Assembly (NCBI GenBank): GCA_963665325.3
Contig: OZ224045.1
Location: 640,001-704,000 of the forward strand
DNA from: Alphaproteobacteria bacterium
GTDB lineage: Bacteria; Pseudomonadota; Alphaproteobacteria; Bin95
DNA length: 64,000 nucleotides
Direction of reading: 5' to 3'
Part shown: positions 32,438-41,112 of the stretch, piece after piece
How positions within the stretch are numbered: the first letter of the stretch is position 1
Layout of the letters: each line of letters starts with the position of its first letter
Made by a program: the position numbers and the translations under genes
The notes under the pieces: generated by a model
Database searches by the model: none
What the model was told of the DNA's origin: nothing
Seen by the model: only the letters and a program-made list of their open reading frames with translations

Positions 32438-32679
32438 CTGCACGCTGCCCTTCGGTCCTTGCGCTGTCCGTAGTTTCGATGACAGCGGTTTTTTGACTCG
32501 CATGGCGCATGCCACCTATGGTGGCCGGGCACGTTGGCTGCGGCGCGCCTGTCACCGGGCGTACGCCTTCTAATCGGAAGCGCAGGCCTGCCGGCCGCGA
32601 GCAGGCGAAATGCCGGGGCGCGTCAATAGCGATGCCAGTGCAGCGACCTGGACGAACGCCGGAAAAAAGGGAGAACGCC

Positions 32680-33816
32680 ATGATCCGAACATACCTTCCA
32701 CGTACCGCCGTCCTGGCGGGGGCCATCGCCTTTGCGGCCGCTACGGTGCTGCTGACCGCACTACCGTCGCCCGCCAAGGCGGAATTGGAGAAAGTCATCA
32801 TCCGGGTTTCGGTGGACCTGCCGCCGCCGCCGCATCCCACGGCGATCGCCATGGAGTGGTTTAAGGAACAGGTGGAATCGCAGTTCCCCGAGGGCAGCGA
32901 GGTGCGGAACTTCTACGCCGGCGCCCTGTACAAGGACCCCGACGCCATGACCGCCATGACCCAGGGCAATCTGGAGATGGGCTGGCTGGTCTCCGGCAAG
33001 ACGGCTGCGACGGACATCTGGATGAGCATTATCGGCCAGCCCGGCGTGCTCACCACGGTCGCAGCCATCCACGACCTGCCGAACCAGGCCACCGGCAAGA
33101 TGCTGCTGAACCGCCTGCGCGAGAAGCACTTTATCGAGCCGTTCGGTTTCGTGGACCTCAGCTTCGCACTCGCCATTGCGGGCAAGGAGCGGCTGCTTGC
33201 GATGGACTCGTTCGAGGGCAAGAAGATCCGGACCTTCGCCGCTGCGGTGAACCCGGTGGTGTCGTCCTGGGGCGCCTCCCCGGTGGTCATGTCGTTCGGC
33301 GACGTGCCGAGCGCGCTCGAGTCCGGCGTGCTTGACGGCGTCATCACCTCCATCGGCGGGTGGCGTTCAATTACCGAGCAGACGCCGTACTACACCATCG
33401 CCGGCATCTCGACTGTGACCTTCGACAACTACTGGGTCGGCGCCAGCCAAGCTTGGTTCAACAAACTCAACGACGAGACCCAGGCAAAGATCCGCAGTCT
33501 GGTCGAGCAGGCCGTCACGTACCAGAACGAGCTCAACTGGTGCAACGACCAGTTCGCCATACGCCAGTACAAGGCCGAAAACCCCTCGGATGTCGGCATC
33601 TACTCCGCCACCCCCGAAGAGGCGAAGCCCCTGCAGGAAGCCATCGGCAACAATGTCGCCGACTACCTCAAGGAGCGGCTGCCGGCGGAAGCGCATGAGT
33701 GGGTAGACAGGTTCCTCAAGGAGGGGCGGGAAGCGTCTGCGCGTCTCGGCCCGGGCACCGACCCGGTCGAGAATATCGACTGCGCCCAGCATGAGCCGGT
33801 GCTCAAGAAGGGCTAG
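32680..33816 (+). CDS. dctP: TRAP transporter substrate-binding protein (DctP family)
   Basis: Signal peptide; FEGKKIRT, WGASPVVMSFGDVPSALESGVLDG, WFNKL. Confidence 0.88.
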   Translation: MIRTYLPRTAVLAGAIAFAAATVLLTALPSPAKAELEKVIIRVSVDLPPPPHPTAIAMEWFKEQVESQFPEGSEVRNFYAGALYKDPDAMTAMTQGNLEMGWLVSGKTAATDIWMSIIGQPGVLTTVAAIHDLPNQATGKMLLNRLREKHFIEPFGFVDLSFALAIAGKERLLAMDSFEGKKIRTFAAAVNPVVSSWGASPVVMSFGDVPSALESGVLDGVITSIGGWRSITEQTPYYTIAGISTVTFDNYWVGASQAWFNKLNDETQAKIRSLVEQAVTYQNELNWCNDQFAIRQYKAENPSDVGIYSATPEEAKPLQEAIGNNVADYLKERLPAEAHEWVDRFLKEGREASARLGPGTDPVENIDCAQHEPVLKKG

Positions 33817-33840
33817 CCGGGACGTGCCTGCCGTGGAGAA

Positions 33841-33865
33841 CGGGGAGGCCCGGCGGGCCTCCCCG
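33841..33865 (+). terminator. Strong intergenic hairpin between dctP and dctQ
   Basis: CGGGGAGGCCC-GGC-GGGCCTCCCCG, no U-tract; probably an mRNA stabiliser or attenuator. Confidence 0.55.
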
Positions 33866-33876
33866 GCCCTGCCCGC

Positions 33877-34440
33877 GTGAACCGCCTCTACTATGCCTGG
33901 CGCACGTTCCAGGAAAGGTTCGTGCAGTATGTCGCGGCGGCGCTGCTGCTAGCGCTGACGCTGTTGGCCGGGCTGGAGGTCATTCGCCGCTATATCTTCG
34001 GCGTTTCCTTCGAGTGGCAGCAGGACGCGGTTACCTTCGGCATTCTCGCCGGCGTGTACCTGTTCTTCGCGATCACGCAGAGCCGCGGAGCGCACCTGCG
34101 GGTGACGATCCTGCTGATATTGCTGCGCGAGAAGGGCGGGCGGTGGGGCCGCGTCCTCGCGGGTCTATTCGAGATCTTCGGTGCAACTGTCGGGCTCGCG
34201 TTCTGTGCATGGCTGGTGTGGTGGGGCCTCGAAGTGGCGGACCTCATGATTCTCCAGGAACGCAAGACCGAGAGCCTGGCATTCCTGCTGTGGCATTTCT
34301 TCGTCGTGTTCCTCCTCGGCATGGCATTTCTCGCGGTGAGCTACGCGTTCCAGCTTTACCACCACATTTGCACGATGGTGGGCGGAGCCGGACTTGTGGA
34401 GCGGTACGAGTCTCACACCGATGAAGGTTCGCTGCTCTAG
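33877..34440 (+). CDS. dctQ: TRAP transporter small permease
   Basis: Four TM segments, EVIRRY, W-x2-D, HLRV. Confidence 0.85.
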   Translation: MNRLYYAWRTFQERFVQYVAAALLLALTLLAGLEVIRRYIFGVSFEWQQDAVTFGILAGVYLFFAITQSRGAHLRVTILLILLREKGGRWGRVLAGLFEIFGATVGLAFCAWLVWWGLEVADLMILQERKTESLAFLLWHFFVVFLLGMAFLAVSYAFQLYHHICTMVGGAGLVERYESHTDEGSLL

Positions 34441-34533
34441 ATGACCAACCTCGAGACTCGCGGGTCCACGGACTCGGCATGATCCACATGCGCGAGCTGC
34501 AAGGGATCGGAGGCCCTCAAGGAGCCCTGCAGG

Positions 34534-35823
34534 ATGGGTAGTCTGCTCGCCGGCGTCCTGGCCTTTCTCGGCTCGGGAGTCACCATCGGCATCGCGCTCG
34601 GCGCGGCCAGCGCGATCTACATCCTTTTCGATCCGCTGCTGGATGCGCGGGCGCTTTCCTCGGCCTTCTTCTCGTTCCTGGGCCACTACAGCCTGATGGC
34701 GGTTCCGCTGTTCATCTTCGCCGGCTTCCTCATGGAACGCACCGGCATGGTGCGACAGCTGTTCCAATTCGCCGAGGCCCTGGTGAGCTGGGTCATCGGC
34801 GGGTTCGGGTTAGCGACGGTCACCACCTGCGTGCTGTTCAGCGCCATCTCGGGCTCGAGCGTCGCCGTCGCTTCGGCCATGAGCCTCATCACGATCCCGG
34901 AGATGCGCAAACGCAATTACCCGGACTGGCTGTCGGCCGGCATCGTGGCCTCGGGCGGGGGCATCGGCCTGCTCATACCGCCGAGCCTCTCGCTCATCAT
35001 CTACGGCATCGCGACGGAAACCTCGATCGTGCGCCTGTTCATGGCCGGCATCATTCCAGGCCTGATGCTGGCGGGCGGCATGTTCATACTCATCATACTC
35101 GCCGCCTGGCGGACCAAGACACTGAGCCGCGGCCACTTTGCCTGGGGGCCGTTGGGGCGTGCGACCGTAGGGGCTCTGCCCGGGCTTGCCATGCCGGTGC
35201 TCGTGCTGGGCGGTCTTTACGGTGGGCTGTTCACACCGACCGAGGCGGCCGCGGCCGCATGCGGCTACGCCATGCTCTACGGCCTTATCTCAGGCCGCGG
35301 CGAGTTCCTGCGCAACCTGCTGCCGACGGCCGCGCGGGCCATGAACCTCAGCGCCGTGGTGTTCTTCCTGGTTGGAAGCGTCGGGATCTTCCAATTCGTC
35401 GCCGCCAACCAGGCATGGCCCCAGCAGTTGGCTCAGCTGGTCATCGAGATGCAGCTGGAGCCGCTGCCGTTCCTGTTCGGCTACATGGCGCTCCTGTTGA
35501 TGCTCGGCACCTTCCTGGACGGCATCGCCATGATCCTGCTCACCGTGCCGGTCGTCTTTCCGGTGGCCACGGCGCTCGGCATCGACCCGATCCATCTGGG
35601 CATAGTGGTCACCATGGGCGTGGAGTTGAGCGTCATCACCCCGCCGGTGGGTTTCAACCTTTACGCCGTCAGCGGCATTGCCCAGATACCCATCCAGACC
35701 GTGCTGCGCGGGGCGATGATCTTCTTTGTATCCGACTTCATCGTGACCCTCATCATCATCCTAGTGCCCGAACTGTCCACCTGGCTACCCGCCGTACTCG
35801 GCGGGGCCTCGCCCTTCGCTTAG
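34534..35823 (+). CDS. dctM: TRAP transporter large permease
   Basis: AVPLFIFAG, ISGSSVA, LIPPS, LFMAGIIPG, FTPTEA, TPPVGFNLY. Confidence 0.95.
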   Translation: MGSLLAGVLAFLGSGVTIGIALGAASAIYILFDPLLDARALSSAFFSFLGHYSLMAVPLFIFAGFLMERTGMVRQLFQFAEALVSWVIGGFGLATVTTCVLFSAISGSSVAVASAMSLITIPEMRKRNYPDWLSAGIVASGGGIGLLIPPSLSLIIYGIATETSIVRLFMAGIIPGLMLAGGMFILIILAAWRTKTLSRGHFAWGPLGRATVGALPGLAMPVLVLGGLYGGLFTPTEAAAAACGYAMLYGLISGRGEFLRNLLPTAARAMNLSAVVFFLVGSVGIFQFVAANQAWPQQLAQLVIEMQLEPLPFLFGYMALLLMLGTFLDGIAMILLTVPVVFPVATALGIDPIHLGIVVTMGVELSVITPPVGFNLYAVSGIAQIPIQTVLRGAMIFFVSDFIVTLIIILVPELSTWLPAVLGGASPFA

Positions 35824-35925
35824 CTGACCAATTCCGTTCAGGACCAACGTTGCGTTACCCTGCAGTGACCTCTGGAAGCACTTGCAAAATTCTGCCGGAT
35901 GTACGATATGTTTCAGCCGATGCGT

Positions 35926-35999
35926 TGGGCGATAGTTTAGCGGCAGAACGCTGGGTTCTGGCCCCAGTAGCCCTGGTTCGAATCCAGGTCGCCCAGCCA
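35926..35999 (+). tRNA. tRNA-Gln (CTG)
   Basis: Acceptor TGGGCGA/TCGCCCA-G-CCA, anticodon arm CTGGG-TTCTGGC-CCCAG, GGTTCGAATCC. Confidence 0.95.
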
Positions 36000-36039
36000 C
36001 ATTTCCCAGCCTCGCTACAATCCTTCCGGTGTGCCGCCA

Positions 36040-37785
36040 ATGTCCGATTACGCCGCGCCCCTCCGCGACATTCGCTTCGCCATGACCGAGATCGCCGAAC
36101 TGGACGGGGTAGTCGCCCTGCCCGGTATGGAGGAGATTTCGGTCGATCTCGTCGACGCCGTGCTGACCGAGGCGGGGCGGTTTGCGGACGAGGCGGTGGC
36201 GCCCCTCAACCGCGTCGGCGACATGCAGGGAGCTGTGCTGGAAAACGGCGTCGTGCGCACGGCGGACGGGTTCCGGGAAACCTACCGGCAGTTCTGCGAG
36301 GGCGGCTGGAACGGCGCGCCCTTCGACCCTGAATATGGCGGGCAGGGCCTTCCGTGGCTCGTGTCCACGGCGCTCACGGAGATGTGGCAATCGGCCTGCC
36401 TGTCCTTCTCGCTGGCGCCGCTGCTTACCCAGGGCGCAGTGGACCTGCTCGCGAATCACGGTTCGGATGAGCAGAAGGACGTCTTTCTGGAGAAGATGAT
36501 TTCCGGCGAATGGGCCGGCACGATGAACCTGACAGAGCCCCAAGCCGGCTCCGATGTGGGCGCGCTCGCCACCCGCGCCGTACCGACGGGGGACGGCGCC
36601 TATCGCATCAGCGGCCAGAAGATATTCATCAGCTACGGCGACCAGGATTTCACCGACAATATCGTCCACATGGTCCTTGCGCGCACACCGGATGCGCCGA
36701 AAGGTATTCGCGGCGTTTCGCTGTTCATCGTACCCAAAGTGATGGTGAACGAGGACGGCAGCCTCAGCGCGCGTAACGACCTGCGACCCGTCGGACTGGA
36801 GCACAAGCTCGGCATCCACGGCAGTCCGACCTGCGTGATGGCCTATGGCGAAGGGGACGGCGCACTCGGTACGCTCGTCGGCGAAGAGAATTGCGGCATC
36901 CAGTACATGTTCACAATGATGAACAATGCCCGGCTCGGCGTCGGATTGCAGGGTGTCGCGGTCGCCGAACGGGCCTATCAACAGGCCCGTGCATTCGCAA
37001 TGGAGCGCGTCCAGGGCAGGGATGAGTTCAGCGGCGAACGGGGACCGGTCCCGATCCTGCATCATCCGGACGTGCGGCGGATGCTGATGACCATGAAGGC
37101 CCAGATCGAGGCCATGCGTGCGCTTTGCTACTGGATCGCAGCCGCCCTCGACCGGGCCCAACGTGCGGGCGACGCGGAAGCCCAGGCACGCGTCGATCTG
37201 ATGATTCCCGTCGTCAAGGCATGGTGCAGCGACCTCGGCGTCGAAATCGCCTCGCTCGGCGTCCAGGTGCATGGCGGCATGGGCTTCATCGAAGAAACCG
37301 GCGCAGCCCAGCATATGCGCGACAGCCGTATCGCGCCGATCTATGAGGGCACCAACGGCATCCAGGCCATGGACCTCGTCGCGCGCAAGCTCGTCCGCGA
37401 CGGTGGCGAAGCGCTCCGGGCCCAGCTCGCCCTGATGCGGACGGATGCGCCCGACCGGACGCTGGCCGCAGCCATCGACGCCGTGGAGCGCGCGGCGGCG
37501 CTCATTCTCGGCCGCTTCGGCAAGGAGTTCGGCGCGGCCGCGGCTGCGGCCGTTCCGTTCTGCAACCTTCTCGGTCTTGCAACCGGCGGCTGGCTGCTCG
37601 CCAAGGGCGCGGCGGCAGCCGAGCGCCTCCTGGCGGACGGCACTGAGGACACAGAGTTCCTGGAAGCGAAACGACTGACCGCGCGTTTCTATGCCGAAAC
37701 GCTGCTGCCGCAATATGCCGGGCACCTCGCCGCTGTTGAGGCCGCTGGCGGGGCGGAGCTGGAGATGGCAGCCGAACAGTTCTGA
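36040..37785 (+). CDS. Acyl-CoA dehydrogenase
   Basis: GTMNLTEPQAGSDVG, GQKIFIS, EHKLGIHGSPT, QVHGGMGF, IYEGTNGIQA. Confidence 0.95.
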   Translation: MSDYAAPLRDIRFAMTEIAELDGVVALPGMEEISVDLVDAVLTEAGRFADEAVAPLNRVGDMQGAVLENGVVRTADGFRETYRQFCEGGWNGAPFDPEYGGQGLPWLVSTALTEMWQSACLSFSLAPLLTQGAVDLLANHGSDEQKDVFLEKMISGEWAGTMNLTEPQAGSDVGALATRAVPTGDGAYRISGQKIFISYGDQDFTDNIVHMVLARTPDAPKGIRGVSLFIVPKVMVNEDGSLSARNDLRPVGLEHKLGIHGSPTCVMAYGEGDGALGTLVGEENCGIQYMFTMMNNARLGVGLQGVAVAERAYQQARAFAMERVQGRDEFSGERGPVPILHHPDVRRMLMTMKAQIEAMRALCYWIAAALDRAQRAGDAEAQARVDLMIPVVKAWCSDLGVEIASLGVQVHGGMGFIEETGAAQHMRDSRIAPIYEGTNGIQAMDLVARKLVRDGGEALRAQLALMRTDAPDRTLAAAIDAVERAAALILGRFGKEFGAAAAAAVPFCNLLGLATGGWLLAKGAAAAERLLADGTEDTEFLEAKRLTARFYAETLLPQYAGHLAAVEAAGGAELEMAAEQF

Positions 37786-37801
37786 CGGCGGAGGACAGCG
37801 C

Positions 37802-38512
37802 ATGACTTTTACCGCAATCGGCGCCTGCACCGACACGGGCCGGCTCGGCATCGGCATCACGACCTATTCGCTCGGCGTCGGCGGCTACTGCCCGTTTTTC
37901 GAGCGCGGCGTCGCGGCGCTCTCGACCCAGGCTTTCGCCAACCCTGCGCTCGGTCCGCTCGCTACCGCCGCGCTCAGGGAGGCGCCGGACCCGGATCGGG
38001 CATTGCGGTTGCTGGCGGAGCAAGACCCGGGTTTCGACTGGCGACAGGTCGTGATCGCGGCGGCAGATGGCCGTATCGCGGCGCATACCGGTCCTCATAC
38101 GCGGCCCTGGTCCGGCCACATTACCGGCGAGGGTTTCGCGGTCTTCGGCAATGTGCTGGCCGGCGAAGCAACGGTCCAGGCGATGGCTGCAGCATGGCGC
38201 GAGCGGGCCGGAGACGACCTGTCGGAGCGGCTGCTCAAGGCAATCGAGGCGGGGCGGGATGCAGGCGGCCAGGCGTCGCCGGACGGCACGCACCTGCCGG
38301 AACGCTCGGGAGCGCTGATCGTGCGTGGCGCGGATATCGTGGAGGACATAGACCTCAGGGTCGATCTCCATGACGACGCTGTCGGCGAACTTCGCCGCCT
38401 CTGGGAGGCTTACCGGAAATACCTGCCCTATTACGCGCTCCGCGCCCGCTCGCCCGCCGAGACGCCGCCGCAGGATGTCTGGGCGCGACAGAACGATCCC
38501 GGCAACGCATGA
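37802..38512 (+). CDS. DUF1028 (Ntn-hydrolase-like) protein
   Basis: MTFT start, STQA-x-NP-x-LG, RQV, HTG, GNVL, AGG, DLRVD; GGAGG RBS. Confidence 0.88.
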   Translation: MTFTAIGACTDTGRLGIGITTYSLGVGGYCPFFERGVAALSTQAFANPALGPLATAALREAPDPDRALRLLAEQDPGFDWRQVVIAAADGRIAAHTGPHTRPWSGHITGEGFAVFGNVLAGEATVQAMAAAWRERAGDDLSERLLKAIEAGRDAGGQASPDGTHLPERSGALIVRGADIVEDIDLRVDLHDDAVGELRRLWEAYRKYLPYYALRARSPAETPPQDVWARQNDPGNA

Positions 38513-39645
38513 CCGGGAACGATCTTTCGCTCGACACGCTGCTCGCCCAGGGAGGACGATTCCTCGACCGGGAGACCGGCGCCGTGGTGCCGCCGATCCA
38601 TTCCGCCACGACCTATGCGCGGGACAACCGCTACGAGACAACCGGCTACACCTACAGCCGCGACGCCAACCCGACCGTCGCGCATGTGGAGGAGGTGCTG
38701 GCGGAGCTCGAAGGCGCGGAGGACGCGCTCGTCTTCTCGTCGGGAATGGCGGCGGTCTCGACCTTCTTCGACAGCCTCGGCGCGGGCGACCATGTGGTGG
38801 CGCCGCGGGTGATGTATCACGGCGCGGCGGACCTGCTACGCCGCCTGGCCGACCGGCGGGGGGTCGAAGTCAGCTTTTTCGATGCGTCGGAGCCCGGCGC
38901 GCTGGAAGCGGCAGTGCAGCCCGGCCGGACATCGGTCGTCTGGGTAGAGACATGCGTGAATCCGACCTGGGACGTGATCGACGTGCGCGCCGCTGCCGAG
39001 ATCGCGCGTGGCGCAGGAGCGGTCCTCGGCGTGGACGCTACCGCGACGCCGCCTGTGGCGCTCCGGGCGCTCGAACTCGGCGCCGACATCGTCTTTCACT
39101 CCGCCACCAAATATCTCGGCGGGCACAGCGACCTGCTGGCGGGCGTGCTCGCAACCCGGCGCGCCGACGAGCGCTGGACAGAGATAAAGTCGGCCCGCAC
39201 GCGGGCGGGCGGGGTGCTGGGGGCGTTCGAAGCATGGCTTCTGCTGCGCGGTATGCGCACCCTGCACGTGCGCTACGAGCGCCAGGCGGCGAACGCGCTG
39301 GCGATCGCGCAGCATTTCGAAGGCCATAAAGGGATCGAGGCGGTGCTGTATCCCGGCCTGGAGTCCCACGCCGGACACGAGATCGCGAAGCGGCAGATAG
39401 CGGGCAGCTTCGGCGCCATGCTTTCGCTGCTGGTCGAAGGCGGCGCGGAAGCCGCCAAAAGGGTCGCCACGCGTACCCGGCTGTTCGTGCCGGCAACATC
39501 GCTGGGCGGCGTCGAGAGCCTGATCGAGCACCGGGCGACGGTCGAGGGGCCGCTTAGCGCCGTGCCGGCGAACCTGCTCCGCCTTTCCATCGGCATCGAA
39601 CGCGCGGACGAGCTCATCGCAGACCTGGAGCAGGCCCTCGCCTGA
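38509..39645 (+). CDS. PLP-dependent trans-sulfuration enzyme (cystathionine gamma-synthase/lyase family)
   Basis: YSRDANPT, FSSGMAA, HSATKYLGGHSD, SLGGVESL, RLSIGIE. Confidence 0.93.
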   Translation: MTGNDLSLDTLLAQGGRFLDRETGAVVPPIHSATTYARDNRYETTGYTYSRDANPTVAHVEEVLAELEGAEDALVFSSGMAAVSTFFDSLGAGDHVVAPRVMYHGAADLLRRLADRRGVEVSFFDASEPGALEAAVQPGRTSVVWVETCVNPTWDVIDVRAAAEIARGAGAVLGVDATATPPVALRALELGADIVFHSATKYLGGHSDLLAGVLATRRADERWTEIKSARTRAGGVLGAFEAWLLLRGMRTLHVRYERQAANALAIAQHFEGHKGIEAVLYPGLESHAGHEIAKRQIAGSFGAMLSLLVEGGAEAAKRVATRTRLFVPATSLGGVESLIEHRATVEGPLSAVPANLLRLSIGIERADELIADLEQALA

Positions 39646-39666
39646 CGGACGGCGGGCGGACCCGGA

Positions 39667-39930
39667 TCAGCGATAGAAGTCCACACGGAAACGGACGGGG
39701 CCCACCGTTTCGACCTTGTGCGACACCTCAGGCTCCATGATTCCCGGTCTCGCAGGCGATAACTCGATTTCCTCGACTTCCGGTTCGAGGATTCGGTAGC
39801 GAAGCCGCCCTTCAATCGCCACGATCTTCCCCCATATCCCGGCCTTGGTGCTGTGGGAGCGCAAGAGGCCGGCAGGAATCGAATTTTCGGAGAATTCGGG
39901 CGTCCCCCCGTAGCGCTCGACCTTGCCGGG
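39667..39930 (-). pseudogene. DUF1971 (TehB-associated cupin) gene lacking a canonical start
   Basis: Y-x2-TPEFSENSIPAGLLRSHSTKAGIWGKI-x3-EGRLRY...HKVE...FY; no ATG or GTG between this region and the upstream in-frame TAG. Confidence 0.6.
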
Positions 39931-40041
39931 CGCGCTCAGGCGTTCCAGAAGCTTGTTGCCGGGGGCGTGGCAGTCAACGAAGCACTAGGCGACCTCAGGG
40001 CTATTGGCGGACGGAGATTGACGCCGAAACTCTGAACCTAG

Positions 40042-40359
40042 CTATCTAGGTTCGATGCTGTAGCGGATGGCAAGACTATCGGGTTTCACGACATCCAAAA
40101 TCGTTGCGCTGAACGCATGACCGCGAACGAGCCCTTGGGCCGTGCCGAGGAACTGCTGACCATCCCCTTCTTTGTCATACGCACGTATCCTGATCCGGCC
40201 CTTATCGCATGTTGCGCTTCCCTCAATTTTTATCATCCCCGAAATTGCCTCATACCAGCGCCAATCCTCGACCATGCACTCGCCTACGTGGTCATCGCAT
40301 GCGGCAGCCGCACCAATCGATATGAAGGCTATTGCGATAGCCAATGGGAATGTCCGCAT
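40042..40359 (-). CDS. Small secreted hypothetical protein (lower GC)
   Basis: AGGAGG RBS; signal peptide MRTFPLAIAIAFISIGAAAA; three Cys. Confidence 0.7.
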   Translation of the reverse strand: MRTFPLAIAIAFISIGAAAACDDHVGECMVEDWRWYEAISGMIKIEGSATCDKGRIRIRAYDKEGDGQQFLGTAQGLVRGHAFSATILDVVKPDSLAIRYSIEPR

Positions 40360-40372
40360 TATACCCCTCCTT

Positions 40373-40438
40373 GTTGACCCTGCGTTGACCCAACACCTGG
40401 AATGGGTCAACGAAAACTCGCTAAGTCTTTGATTTCCC
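40373..40438. repeat. att-like remnant at the tRNA-Lys 3' end (GTTGACCC direct and inverted repeats)
   Basis: GTTGACCC at 40373 and 40384, GGGTCAAC at 40404, AATCAAAGACTTAG just after the tRNA CCA. Confidence 0.5.
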
Positions 40439-40514
40439 TGGTGAGCGCGGCAGGATTCGAACCTGCGACCGCCTGATTAAAAGTCAGATGCTCTACCAAC
40501 TGAGCTACGCGCCC
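40439..40514 (-). tRNA. tRNA-Lys (TTT)
   Basis: Reverse complement GGGCGCGTAGCTCAGTTGGTAGAGCATCTGACTTTTAATCAGGCGGTCGCAGGTTCGAATCCTGCCGCGCTCACCA. Confidence 0.97.
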
Positions 40515-40530
40515 GACCGGGTCGGCGGCG

Positions 40531-40559
40531 AAACTGTGCGGCGTCGGCTGCGCTGTCAA
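40531..40559 (-). promoter_or_regulatory. Probable sigma70 promoter of tRNA-Lys
   Basis: TTGACA-N17-CAGTTT on the minus strand just upstream of the tRNA. Confidence 0.55.
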
Positions 40560-40566
40560 GGGCCCG

Positions 40567-41112
40567 TCAATAGACCTTGGAAGCGGCGCCGCTCTGCACC
40601 TTGCGCCCGTCCCCGAACCGCTGTTGCAGGGCTGCGATCACGCGCGGCGTGGTGAAGGGGGAGGAGTCCCCGCCCAGCGCCGCGATCTCCTTGACGAAGC
40701 GCGAAGAAATGAACTGGTGGTGTTCCGAGGCCGAGAGGAACACGGTTTCGACGTCCGGCTCCATCGTGCGGTTAAGGTTCGCCATCTGCATCTCATATTC
40801 GAAATCGGAAACGGCCCTCAGCCCCCGGAAGATCACGCTCACCCGGTGCTCGCGCGCATAGGCGACCAGGAGGCCGTCCATCAGCCGCACCTCGATCCGG
40901 TCCGCGACGACGCGGTCGCCCAGCATGGCGATCTCTTCCTCGACCATCGACCTGCGCTCTTCGGGCGCGAACAGCGGCCCCTTGCCGGCATTGTTGAACA
41001 CGCCGACGATCAGCTGGTCCACCAGCCGCGCGCCCCGGTAGATGATATCGATATGACCGTTGGTGATCGGGTCGAACGTGCCGGGATAGAGGCCGATCTT
41101 CTCGTGGTTCAC
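40567..41112 (-). CDS. coaD: Phosphopantetheine adenylyltransferase
   Basis: [36 protein letters not shown]. Confidence 0.97.
   Translation of the reverse strand: MNHEKIGLYPGTFDPITNGHIDIIYRGARLVDQLIVGVFNNAGKGPLFAPEERRSMVEEEIAMLGDRVVADRIEVRLMDGLLVAYAREHRVSVIFRGLRAVSDFEYEMQMANLNRTMEPDVETVFLSASEHHQFISSRFVKEIAALGGDSSPFTTPRVIAALQQRFGDGRKVQSGAASKVY

Noticed and set aside
34441-34533. Possible frameshifted 5' extension of dctM
   Set aside because: The ATG at 34441 closes after 13 codons, and DctM from 34534 is already full length (429 aa)
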